Assembly: GCA_963752335.1 (NCBI GenBank)
Contig: CAVVXW010000003.1
Coordinates: forward strand, 183,187-247,186
DNA length: 64,000 nucleotides
Origin: an uncultured Acidimicrobiia bacterium
Lineage (GTDB): Bacteria; Actinomycetota; Acidimicrobiia; IMCC26256; JAENVU01
Direction: 5' to 3'
The translations under genes were made by a program, and so were the position numbers. The number at the start of each line of letters is the position of its first letter. The stretch's first letter is position 1. Shown in pieces: positions 38,865-47,215 of this stretch. The notes beneath the pieces were generated by a model. The model saw only the letters and a program-made list of their open reading frames with translations, did not search any database and was not told the DNA's origin.

Positions 38865-40116
38865 TTACGGCTCCATCGATGTCGGTGGTGCGACCGGATC
38901 GTCGGGACCGGCCGCGGGACCTTCGGCCTCGAGCCCGAGCATCCGCTTGGCGGGAACCGCGATCAGCCCCGACAGGGTGACGGTCCCGACGATGATCAGG
39001 AATGTCACCGGGAAGGAGCACCCGCGCGCCGTCGACGCCCACTTCCTGGAGCGGCACCGCGAACGTCGCGGCGGTCGACGCGGCCACGATCCCGCGCGGA
39101 TCCATCAGCCCGATGAACACGCGCTCCTCGCGCGAAAGGTCGGTCCCGATCGTCGCGACCATCGTCACGAGTGGCCGTACCACCAGCACGAGCACCGCGA
39201 GCAGACCGAGGCTGGGCCACAGCACGCTACGGAGCTCGTTCCCGGTCACGGTGGCCGAGATGGAGATGAACAACAAGCCGATGATCAGCTCGACGAGGGT
39301 GCGGAAGAACGGCGGGTCCTCGGGGGAGTGCAGCGTCGGGAGGTTCGCGACCGCGATTCCCATGGTGATGGCGGCGATGAGCCCGGTGTCGTCGCGCACC
39401 GCGTTGGCCACCGCGGCGATCGCGACGACGAGCGCGATCGTGACCTCCGTCGCGAGGACGCCGCGAACGTGCAGGCGCTCGATGAGCAACCACAGGAGCA
39501 CCATGCCGACGATCCCGGCGGCGACACCGACCGCGAGGCTGGCGCCGAACTGCAGCACCTCGCGCCCGAGCCGCAGCCCGACGCCGTGACGCAGTGCCTG
39601 GAACGTGACCGCGCCGAGGATGGCGCCGATCGGGTCGATCGTCGTGCTCTCCCACTCGAGGATCGCGGTGAGTCGCCGGCCCGGTCGGGACAGGCGCAGG
39701 AGTGGTGCCACGACCGTCGGCCCCGAGACCACGAGGATGGCCCCGAGCATCACCGCGGTGCCGGTGGAGACCGGGAGGAGCAGCCGTGCGGTGACCGCGG
39801 CGCCCACCCAGGTGATCGCCACGCCGCGGAACACGAGCCTGCGGACGACGCGCTGGCTGTGGCCCTCGAGGTCGCGCAGCCGCAGGTGGAGCCCGCCCTC
39901 GAAGAGGATGACGGCGACCGCGAGGCTCACCATCGGCGTGAAGGCGTCGCCGAAGAGTGCGGTGGGATCGACCGTCCGGGTGAAACGACCCGCGGCGAAC
40001 CCGACGGGGAGCAGGAGCACGATCGCGGGCAGCCGCACGCGATCGGCCAGGACCTGGCATCCGACGGCGAGGGCCAGGAGCAGGCCGAGCCCGACGAAGA
40101 TCTCCGACTCGGTCAT
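38865..40116 (-). pseudogene. cation:proton (Na+/H+) antiporter, CPA1-like, frameshifted near the 3' end as assembled
   Basis: ATG 40116 (MTESEIFVGLGLLLALAVGCQVLADRVRLPAIVLLLPVGF). At about 39006-39012 (caccggg) the listed frame turns R-rich. The +1 frame continues [47 protein letters not shown] and stops at TAA 38865-38867. Confidence 0.8.
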
Positions 40117-40249
40117 CGGTCGCGCGGGTGGCGACGGAGCGGGTCCTGGCATCGGGAGACGTTGCCACCGGGTGTGATCCGGCTGCAACCGGCGCGACCA
40201 CAGAACCCGCTCCGGGAACGCGGCCGGGTGCCGGTACGTTGTCCGGAGC

Positions 40250-41095
40250 ATGAGTCGGAACACCATCAAGACCTATGTCCTCCTCGCCGCCTTCGGCGGG
40301 CTGTTGATGGCGATCGGATCCTTCTGGGGCCGAACCGGCCTGTTCATCGGCCTCGGCCTCGGCCTCGTCATGGTGGGAGGCTCGTACTGGTTCAGCGACA
40401 AGCTCGCGGTCGCCTCGGCCAAGGCCCGGCCGGTGTCCGAGCAGGAGGCACCGGAGCTCTACGCCATCGTGACGGACCTCGCCCGGCGCGCCGGCGAGCC
40501 GATGCCGCGGGTCTTCCTCTCCCCCGAGGCCCAGCCGAACGCCTTCGCGACGGGCCGGAACCCCTCGAACGCCGTGGTCTGCGTGACCCAGGGCCTGATG
40601 CAGGTCCTGGACACCGAGCAGATCCGTGGTGTCCTCGCCCACGAGATGAGCCACGTGAAGAACCGGGACATCCTGATCGGTTCGGTCGCGGCGGCGCTCG
40701 CGATGGCGATCACGCTGGTCGCGCGCCTCGCGATGTGGGGAGCGATGTTCGGCGGTGGCGGCGGTGACCGCGACAACGGCAACGTCGTCGGCGCTCTCCT
40801 CCTCGCGATCCTCGCCCCGCTCGCGGCCGCCGTGATCCAGATGGCGATCAGCCGGTCGCGCGAGTACGAGGCGGACCGCTCGGCCGCTGAGCTCATCGGC
40901 ACCGGTGAGCCGCTGGCTCAGGCGCTCGAGAAGATCGAGGCGTACGCGAGACGCGTCCCGATGCAGGTGACGCCGGCGCAGGCGACGGCCTACATCGTCA
41001 ACCCGCTGACCGGCCGTCGGGTGCAGTTCGCCAACCTGTTCTCGACGCACCCGTCCACCGCCGACCGGATCGCGCGACTGCGTCACGCGGCCTGA
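40250..41095 (+). CDS. htpX: zinc metalloprotease HtpX (M48 family)
   Basis: ORF 40250..41095. Motifs HEMSHVKNRD, EYEADR and FSTHPSTADRI. Confidence 0.92.
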   Translation: MSRNTIKTYVLLAAFGGLLMAIGSFWGRTGLFIGLGLGLVMVGGSYWFSDKLAVASAKARPVSEQEAPELYAIVTDLARRAGEPMPRVFLSPEAQPNAFATGRNPSNAVVCVTQGLMQVLDTEQIRGVLAHEMSHVKNRDILIGSVAAALAMAITLVARLAMWGAMFGGGGGDRDNGNVVGALLLAILAPLAAAVIQMAISRSREYEADRSAAELIGTGEPLAQALEKIEAYARRVPMQVTPAQATAYIVNPLTGRRVQFANLFSTHPSTADRIARLRHAA

Positions 41096-41219
41096 CGAAC
41101 CCAGCGTTTGCAGCCTGAACGAGCACCGGCGCCGCCGGGTGCGACGCGTCGGCGCGCAGCCCCAGCGCTACGATCGGCCGTCCGACCGGCCCTGATCGCG
41201 GCCTTCCCGGGGAGAGTGC

Positions 41220-43691
41220 GTGCAGACATCCGAGGATTCGGTCACCGGCCTGCGCGCACGGCACACCGTCGTCATCTTCCTGGTGAGTCTGGCCGGACTG
41301 CTGCTCGAAGTGGGCTACACGCGGGTCGTCTCGTACAAGCTCTGGTACTACTACACCTACCTCGTTCTCGGACTGGCGCTGCTCGGCATCGGGTCGGGCG
41401 GAATCTTCGTCGTGATCTGGCCGCGCCTGCGCCGCGCCTCGACCGATGTCGTCATCGGGATCTGCTCGCTCGTCTCGGCCGTCGCGATCGCGGGGGGTTA
41501 CTTCCTCGTCGCCCGGCTCCCGATCGACACGGTGCAGATCTGGGACTACGGCACTTCTGCATCGTTCAAGAGCCTCGCCAAGCTCGGCCTGATCTGCTTC
41601 GTGCTCTTCGCGTCGTTCGTGCCTCTGGGCATCATCGTGTCGACGATTCTCGGCCGCGGCGGGAAGCGCGTCGGGCGCCTCTACTTCGCAGACCTCGTGG
41701 GCGCCGGCCTGGGCTGCGCGCTCGCGATCCCCTTGATCACCCGTCTCAGCCCGCCTCAGGTGATCGTGCTGGCCGCCACGATCTTCGCGGTCGTGGCCGT
41801 CTCCGTCTCCACGTCGCCGTGGCGCGCCGCGATCCTCGTGCCCGGCGTCGTGCTGGTGCTCGTGCTCGCGACCGTCACGACCGGGTCGGGCCTGGTCGAT
41901 GTCCTGCCCGAGCTCCGCAAGGCCGACCCGTCTCATGCCGCCTACTCGGAATGGGGTCCCGTCTTCCGGGTGGACGTCGCCGAGATCCGGCCCGGTCTGA
42001 AGTCGCTCTTCCACGACGGCAGCTTCGGGTCGGCCATCTACCGGTACGACGGCAACGCCGGGGCGGTGACGCGATTCGACAAGGACCCGCGGTCACTGCC
42101 GTTCGCCACGATGGGCCGTAAGCCCGGCAACACGCTCATCATCGGTTCCGCCGGCGGGAACGAGATCGTCGCCGCCCTGCACTACGGCGCGAAGCGGATC
42201 GACGGCGTCGAGCTCAACCCGGTGACGGTGGATCTGGTGACCCAGCGCTACCGGAAATTCGCAGGGGATCTCCAGGACCAGCCGGGTGTCGCGATCCATC
42301 AGGGCGACGGTCGCACCTACCTCGCACGGAGCGACGACCGCTACGACGTGATCTGGTTCGTCGCGCCGGACAGCTACGCCGCGAACAACGCCGCGTCGTC
42401 CGGAGCGTTCGTCCTGTCGGAGAGCTATCTGTACACGACCGACATGATCAAGGAGAGCCTGCGCCACCTCACGCCCGACGGCATGCTGGTCGTGCAGTTC
42501 GGCGAGTTGAACTTCCACGACGCACCGAATCGAACCGCGCGCTACGTCATGACGGCGAGGAAGGCGCTCGAGGAGACCGGGATCCGGAATCCGGGTGATC
42601 ACCTCGTCGTCGCGCCGTTCGTCACCAACGCCTCGGGGGATCTCTCGACCATCATGGTCAAGCGGACCCCGTTCACGCCGTCGGAGGTTCGGCGGTTCCA
42701 GCAGGGCATCGCCGCGATCCCGGAGGAGGAGTTGTCCTGGGCACCCGGCGTCGCACCCGGTCCGGGAATCGTGCCCACGCTCGCCGGTGGGACCGACGCC
42801 CAGGCATCGGCCGCCGCCGCCTCGTACGACCGCCAGGTCGGCCCGATCAGCGACGACGGACCGTTCTTCTGGCACTTCGCGAGCTTCTCGCAGGTCGCGC
42901 GCAACTTCTTCACGCCCATCCGCGCGACGGATCCGGAGGATTCGATCGGTGAGCGCGTGCTCCTCCTGCTCCTCGGGATCGCGGTGCTCTACGCCGCCGT
43001 GTTCCTCCTCGTGCCGTTCGTCTTCGTCCGCCGCGAATGGCGCGCGTTGCCGCTCAAGGGAGTCTCGGCGGTGTTCTTCTCCGCCCTCGGGCTCGGCTTC
43101 ATCCTGTTCGAGATCACGATGATCCAGCGGCTGGTGCTCTTCCTGGGGTACCCGACGTACTCGCTCACCGTCACGTTGGCGTCCCTCCTCGTCTTCACCG
43201 GGCTGGGCGCGCTGCTCAGCAACCGTGTGGGGGTGCGTGCCCGGCCCGCGATGGTGGCGGTGTTCGCCGTGCTCTGTGGCCTGACGGTCTTCTACGAGTT
43301 CGGGCTCGACAGCGTGACGAACGGCTTGTTGGACCAGTCGCTCACGGTCCGCGTCGTGGTGGCGCTCGCGATGCTCGCGCCGCTCGGCTTGTGCCTCGGC
43401 ATGTTCATGCCGCTCGGGCTCGGCGTCGTCAACGGCCTCTCGGCCCATCCCGACGAGTACGTGGCGTGGGCCTGGGCGGTGAACGGGTTCTTCTCGGTGA
43501 TCGGATCCGTGCTCTCCACGATCCTCGCGATGTCGATCGGGTTCCGGTCGGTGCAGCTCATCGCACTGGGCGTGTACGCCGTGGCCGTCCTCGCCTTCGC
43601 CCGGTTGTCGTCCCAGGCGGCCAGGCTGGAACCGATCCCTGTCCTCGACGGCGTGCTCCCCGAGCGCATTCCCGACGCCGTGCTGGACTGA
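41220..43691 (+). CDS. spermidine synthase-like (class I methyltransferase fold) polytopic membrane protein
   Basis: ORF 41220..43691, 823 aa. N- and C-terminal multi-helix membrane blocks flank LIIGSAGGNEIVAALHYGAKRIDGVELNP...HQGDGRTYL...YDVIWFVAPDS. Confidence 0.7.
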   Translation: MQTSEDSVTGLRARHTVVIFLVSLAGLLLEVGYTRVVSYKLWYYYTYLVLGLALLGIGSGGIFVVIWPRLRRASTDVVIGICSLVSAVAIAGGYFLVARLPIDTVQIWDYGTSASFKSLAKLGLICFVLFASFVPLGIIVSTILGRGGKRVGRLYFADLVGAGLGCALAIPLITRLSPPQVIVLAATIFAVVAVSVSTSPWRAAILVPGVVLVLVLATVTTGSGLVDVLPELRKADPSHAAYSEWGPVFRVDVAEIRPGLKSLFHDGSFGSAIYRYDGNAGAVTRFDKDPRSLPFATMGRKPGNTLIIGSAGGNEIVAALHYGAKRIDGVELNPVTVDLVTQRYRKFAGDLQDQPGVAIHQGDGRTYLARSDDRYDVIWFVAPDSYAANNAASSGAFVLSESYLYTTDMIKESLRHLTPDGMLVVQFGELNFHDAPNRTARYVMTARKALEETGIRNPGDHLVVAPFVTNASGDLSTIMVKRTPFTPSEVRRFQQGIAAIPEEELSWAPGVAPGPGIVPTLAGGTDAQASAAAASYDRQVGPISDDGPFFWHFASFSQVARNFFTPIRATDPEDSIGERVLLLLLGIAVLYAAVFLLVPFVFVRREWRALPLKGVSAVFFSALGLGFILFEITMIQRLVLFLGYPTYSLTVTLASLLVFTGLGALLSNRVGVRARPAMVAVFAVLCGLTVFYEFGLDSVTNGLLDQSLTVRVVVALAMLAPLGLCLGMFMPLGLGVVNGLSAHPDEYVAWAWAVNGFFSVIGSVLSTILAMSIGFRSVQLIALGVYAVAVLAFARLSSQAARLEPIPVLDGVLPERIPDAVLD

Positions 43692-43734
43692 GCCGCGTTC
43701 CGAGCCGCGGCCGTGGCGGCCGGCAGAGGCCACG
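43692..43734. terminator. two adjacent GC-rich hairpins between convergent genes (candidate bidirectional terminator)
   Basis: GCCGCG (43692-43697) pairs with CGCGGC (43706-43711). CGTGGC (43712-43717) pairs with GCCACG (43729-43734). There is no U-tract. Confidence 0.25.
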
Positions 43735-43787
43735 AGCGTCCGCCCGACACGACGACCGCGGCTGCGCCGTCCGTCCGCCCCGAGTAA

Positions 43788-44276
43788 CCAGTCGCGGAAG
43801 TTCGTGTACTGGAGTGGCAGGTCGAAGTCCTCGTCCTTCAGGGCCGCGATCACGGCCTGGAGGTCGTCGCGCTTCTTGGCGGTGACCCGGATCTGTTCTC
43901 CCTGGATCTGGTGCTGAACGCCCTTCTTGCCGAGACCCTTGATGAACTTGCCCACCTGCCGGGCCTTCTCGTCGGTGATGCCCATGCGCAAGGTCACCGT
44001 CTGGCGCACCGTGGTCTTGGCCGCCTCCTCGACACCGCCGTAGTCGAGCGCCTTCAGCGACACGTGGCGCTTGACCATCTTCTCCTCGAGGACCTGACGC
44101 AACGCCTGCAGCCGCGGCTCGGACTCGGTGTGCAGCTCGATGGTCTTCTCCTTCAGCGCGACCGAGCTGTCGGTTCCCTTGAAGTCGAAGCGCTGCGAGA
44201 TCTCGCGTGCGGCCTGGTCGACGGCGTTGCGGACCTCCTGCATGTCGAGCTCGGACACGACGTCGAAACTGGGCAT
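43788..44276 (-). CDS. yajQ: YajQ-family (UPF0234) nucleotide-binding protein; expected stop codon replaced by TGG
   Basis: The N-terminal 162 aa of ORF 42093..44276 (MPSFDVVSELDMQEVRNAVDQA...LQYTNFRD) align end to end with YajQ, which ends ...NFRD in E. coli (from memory). The next codon here is TGG (43788-43790), and the frame stays open for 1.7 kb antisense to the neighbouring gene. Confidence 0.8.
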
Positions 44277-44329
44277 GACGAGGACAACTCCGTGAAAGAG
44301 GGTCTGGAGGGCCTTGCTACTCTACGCCC

Positions 44330-44413
44330 GGGTCCGTACCCGAGAGGCCAAAGGGAACTGGCTGTAAACCAGTTGCGCAAGCTACGGGGGTTCGAATCCC
44401 TCCGGGCCCACCA
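44330..44413 (+). tRNA. tRNA-Tyr (anticodon GTA), long variable arm, CCA encoded
   Basis: Hand-folded. Acceptor GGGTCCG/CGGGCCC, anticodon stem ACTGG/CCAGT with loop CTGTAAA, T-loop GGTTCGAATCC, 3' ACCA. Confidence 0.9.
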
Positions 44414-44475
44414 CCCCGTCCCGCTGAGTTCGACCGCTTCGGCAGTCGAGGGACGACTCTCGATCCCGACTCGGG

Positions 44476-44970
44476 TCAGATCATCCTCTGCATCACCACG
44501 ACGTCGAGCCAGCGGCCGAGCTTGCGACCAACCTCGTGCTCGGTGCCCACGATCTCGAACCCGCAGCGCCGGTGCAGCGAGATCGACGCCCCGTGACCGC
44601 CCACGATCCTCGCGATCACGGAGTGGTAGCCGTAGGTCTGGGCCAGCCGGAGCAGCTCGGCCAGGATCTGGTGACCGACGCCGGTGCCCCGTTGGTCGGT
44701 CCGGACGTACACCGAGTCCTCGACCGTCGTCCGGTACGCAGGCCGTTCCTTGTACGGCGAGAGGGAGCCGAATCCGATGACCGCGCCGGTCTCGTCGACG
44801 GCGACCACGGCCGGGTGGCCGCCGCTGTGCGCCGCGATCCAGGCTTGTTGGTCCTCGAGGCTCCGGGGGACGAGATCGAAGGTGACGGTCGACCCGGCGA
44901 CCTCGACGTTGTAGATCGCGAGGAGGGCATCCGCGTCGGCGAGGGTGGCGGAGCGAAGGCTGGTCGGCAC
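44476..44970 (-). CDS. GNAT N-acetyltransferase, phosphinothricin-acetyltransferase-like
   Basis: ORF 44476..45039. Motifs VYVRTDQRGTGVGHQILAELL and HRRCGFEIVG. The start was moved to GTG 44970 because the ORF start at 45039 abuts tRNA-Thr; the start remains uncertain. Confidence 0.75.
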   Translation of the reverse strand: MPTSLRSATLADADALLAIYNVEVAGSTVTFDLVPRSLEDQQAWIAAHSGGHPAVVAVDETGAVIGFGSLSPYKERPAYRTTVEDSVYVRTDQRGTGVGHQILAELLRLAQTYGYHSVIARIVGGHGASISLHRRCGFEIVGTEHEVGRKLGRWLDVVVMQRMI

Positions 44971-45042
44971 GACCCGGACGGTATCGGACCACGCCCGGGT
45001 TGCTAACCTCTCCGGGTTCGGTCCGGATCGGGCCGGCACGAC

Positions 45043-45115
45043 GCCCCCTTAGCTCAGTCGGCAGAGCACTTCCATGGTAAGGAAGGGGTCTACGGTTCAA
45101 GTCCGTAAGGGGGCT
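45043..45115 (+). tRNA. tRNA-Thr (anticodon GGT)
   Basis: Hand-folded. Acceptor GCCCCCT/AGGGGGC, D-arm GCTCAGTCGGCAGAGC, anticodon stem CTTCC/GGAAG with loop ATGGTAA, T-arm TACGGTTCAAGTCCGTA. Confidence 0.9.
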
Positions 45116-45183
45116 CCGACGCGGTGTCGGGGTCGGTGGCCTCGGCGACGTGTGGACCGCGGTCCAGCCCTGGTGCCGCACCC

Positions 45184-45257
45184 GGCGGGATAGCTCAGCT
45201 GGTCAGAGCGCACGGCTCATAATCGTGAGGTCGAGGGTTCGATCCCCTCTCCCGCTA
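45184..45257 (+). tRNA. tRNA-Met (anticodon CAT), elongator type
   Basis: Hand-folded. Acceptor GGCGGGA/TCCCGCT, D-arm GCTCAGCTGGTCAGAGC, anticodon loop CTCATAA, T-arm GAGGGTTCGATCCCCTC. The anticodon stem lacks the three consecutive G-C pairs of initiator tRNA. Confidence 0.88.
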
Positions 45258-45335
45258 CTCGAAGACGACGACTCGGCGGAGGTCGGGGCTCACGGATCCC
45301 CGGGGATACCAGACACTTCCGCGATCGTGCCGCCC

Positions 45336-45442
45336 CGAGCACGAAGCACCGGCGGAGTGCGAGCAGCCTCGGAGCGTCCCGACCGGGCGCTCGCAGGTAC
45401 CCTGCGAGCGAGCGAAGAGGCCGAGAAGACGGAGCAACGGAG
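45336..45442 (+). promoter_or_regulatory. structured leader element (family copy) upstream of rpmG
   Basis: GAGCACGAAGCACCGGCGGAGTGCGAGCAGCCTCGGAGCGTCCCG, then a 10-bp hairpin CGCTCGCAGG-TAC-CCTGCGAGCG (45388-45410), then AGCGAAGAGGC..GACGGAGCAA and the ATG. Long identical blocks are shared with the rplK leader. Confidence 0.55.
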
Positions 45443-45604
45443 ATGGCGTCGGACAAGCGGCTCAAGGTGACCCTTGCCTGCGAGGAGTGCAAGCGCAGGA
45501 ACTACATCACCAAGAAGAACAAGAACAACGACCGCGAGCGGATCGAGATGAAGAAATACTGCCGCTTCGACCGTCGGCACACGCTCCACAAGGAGACCCG
45601 TTGA
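45443..45604 (+). CDS. rpmG: 50S ribosomal protein L33
   Basis: Own translation (too short for the ORF track): [53 protein letters not shown], 53 aa, with CxxC...C zinc-ribbon-like motifs and a GGAG SD. Confidence 0.9.
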   Translation: MASDKRLKVTLACEECKRRNYITKKNKNNDRERIEMKKYCRFDRRHTLHKETR

Positions 45605-45671
45605 ACGGTGGCGTTCGCCGCCGGTTCGCTCCGCCGGCTCGCCCGGTCGCCCGCCCGACCGCCCGGCCGAC

Positions 45672-45700
45672 GTAACCTCGCCCCGCTCCCACAGGTCTGA
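45672..45700 (+). promoter_or_regulatory. candidate ECF-type autoregulatory promoter (GTAACC-17 nt-GTCTGA)
   Basis: Resembles the ECF consensus GGAAC-N16/17-(C)GTCT as I recall it. It lies 25 nt upstream of the sigma-factor ATG. Confidence 0.3.
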
Positions 45701-45724
45701 TCCCCGCTTCGGAACGGAGCATCC

Positions 45725-46288
45725 ATGGTGGACGAGACCGAGCTGATCCGCGCTGCCCAGGCCGGCGACCGCACCGCGTTCGACGAGCTGGTCCGGGCGA
45801 CCTACACCGACCTCTTCACCCTGGCCGTCCGATTGACCGGGAACGAGGAGGACGCACGCGACGTGGTCCAGGACGCTTACCTGCGGGCGTGGAAGGGCAT
45901 CGGCGGATTCCGTGGAGACGCTGCGCTCTCGACCTGGCTCTACCGCATCACCGCGAACTGTGCGTCCACGCACCTCTCGCGGCGGCGTCGCACGCGCACC
46001 GAGCCCTTCGCCCCCGGCTTCGACCCCGCCGAGCTCCGTTCGGACCTCCAACCCGAGTCGATGACCGAGTCGACGCTCGACCTCGAGCGCATCGGGCGCG
46101 CGGTCGACGAGCTCCCGCCGAAGCTGCGGGCGGTGGTCGTGCTCCGGGACGTGTACGGCCTCGCTCACGAAGCGATCGCCGAGGAGCTCGGGATCTCCGT
46201 GTCCGCGGCCAAGGTCCGATTGCACCGCGCTCGGAAGCGTCTGCGCGACGAAGTGTTCGAGGAGAAGGGAGCGGCCCGTGCGATATGA
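45725..46288 (+). CDS. ECF (sigma-70 family, group 4) RNA polymerase sigma factor
   Basis: ORF 45725..46288. Region 2 DVVQDAYLRAWKGIGGFRGDAALSTWLYRITAN; region 4 LPPKLRAVVVLRDVYGLAHEAIAEELGISVSAAKVRLHRARKRL. Confidence 0.88.
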   Translation: MVDETELIRAAQAGDRTAFDELVRATYTDLFTLAVRLTGNEEDARDVVQDAYLRAWKGIGGFRGDAALSTWLYRITANCASTHLSRRRRTRTEPFAPGFDPAELRSDLQPESMTESTLDLERIGRAVDELPPKLRAVVVLRDVYGLAHEAIAEELGISVSAAKVRLHRARKRLRDEVFEEKGAARAI

Positions 46289-46640
46289 GGACGTCGCGGA
46301 CGTGTTGCCGGGCCTGGTCGACGGCACCGCCGAGGTCGACGAGCGCACCCGTGCATTCATCGAATCCGATCTGCGCTGCCAGGCCGAGCTCGCCCGGTAC
46401 CGCCGGCTGCTCCGAGGGTTGGGGACGCTGCGCACCACCTACCTCGAGCCCGCGCCCGGTGGGCTGGCCCAGACGCTGAACGCGCTCGCCGCGGAAGGCG
46501 AGCGCCGCATGGCGCGTTCGATCCTGACCGGCAGGCGCATGGTGGTGGCCGGTGCTGCGCTCGGTGGCGCGGCGGTCGCCGGCGCCGCGACCGCGGCGGT
46601 GTTCGCGGCCCGCTCGCGCCGCCGCCTCCTCGCCGGCTGA
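46278..46640 (+). CDS. putative anti-sigma factor (single C-terminal TM helix)
   Basis: ORF 46278..46640 overlaps the sigma gene by 11 nt. It is a short protein with a helical N-terminal domain and the hydrophobic segment MVVAGAALGGAAVAGAATAAVFAA. The call rests on context, and no zinc motif was seen. Confidence 0.55.
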   Translation: MRYEDVADVLPGLVDGTAEVDERTRAFIESDLRCQAELARYRRLLRGLGTLRTTYLEPAPGGLAQTLNALAAEGERRMARSILTGRRMVVAGAALGGAAVAGAATAAVFAARSRRRLLAG

Positions 46641-46805
46641 ACCCCGCACTCGCGGCACGAGGCCGACCGCGGTTCCCGTGTCCACGCCACGACCGGACAC
46701 CGCGACGTCACCGACGTGGTTCCCCGCGTCCGAGGGGCCAGATCCGGGCATGAGATGCCGGAGGCGCCTGGGCTAGGCTCGGCCGTCCGGCCCCCGCGCG
46801 CCCGG

Positions 46806-46880
46806 AGGGCAGTAGCTCGAATTTGGCAGAGCTCCGGTCTCCAAAACCGGCGGTTGGGGGTTCGAGTCCCTCCTGCCCTG
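46806..46880 (+). tRNA. tRNA-Trp (anticodon CCA)
   Basis: Hand-folded. Acceptor AGGGCAG/CTGCCCT, anticodon stem CCGGT/ACCGG with loop CTCCAAA, T-arm GGGGGTTCGAGTCCCTC. Confidence 0.9.
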
Positions 46881-46926
46881 CTCCGAAGACGACCAACCCG
46901 GGACCCGTCCCAGGAAGGCCCCAGCG

Positions 46927-47211
46927 GTGACACAACAGAACCGACAGATGCGGCGGATGGCGCAGAAGCAGGGCGCCGACAAGCCGCGCGCGCCCGAACG
47001 CCGGCCGACGAATCCCACACGTACCGAGCGCACCGGACCCCGTCAGTTCTTCGCCGAGGTCCAGGGTGAGCTGCGCAAGGTCGCCTGGCCGACTCGCAGT
47101 GAGGTCATCAACTCCACCATCATCGTGTTGATCGCGGTGGTCGTCATGACCTCACTGATCTTCGGCGCCGACTACCTCTTCGCCAAGGGCGTCCTCTTCC
47201 TCTACGACTGA
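46927..47211 (+). CDS. secE: preprotein translocase subunit SecE
   Basis: ORF 46927..47211 (GTG start). [34 protein letters not shown] is the SecE TM and hinge signature. It holds the canonical position between tRNA-Trp and nusG. Confidence 0.9.
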   Translation: MTQQNRQMRRMAQKQGADKPRAPERRPTNPTRTERTGPRQFFAEVQGELRKVAWPTRSEVINSTIIVLIAVVVMTSLIFGADYLFAKGVLFLYD

Positions 47212-47215
47212 GCCA

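Noticed and set aside
42093-43787. The 565-codon extension of the yajQ ORF, considered as a real protein domain.
   Set aside because: It is R/G/E/H/D-rich shadow sequence, exactly antisense to the well-supported 823-aa membrane protein gene (41220..43691). YajQ homologs end at ...NFRD.
44330-45260. The tRNA-Tyr / GNAT / tRNA-Thr / tRNA-Met cluster, considered as a possible genomic-island integration site.
   Set aside because: There is no integrase, recombinase or transposase ORF. I could see no duplicated tRNA 3' half (att-like direct repeat), and there is no compositional break. The GNAT gene has the same GC3 as its neighbours.
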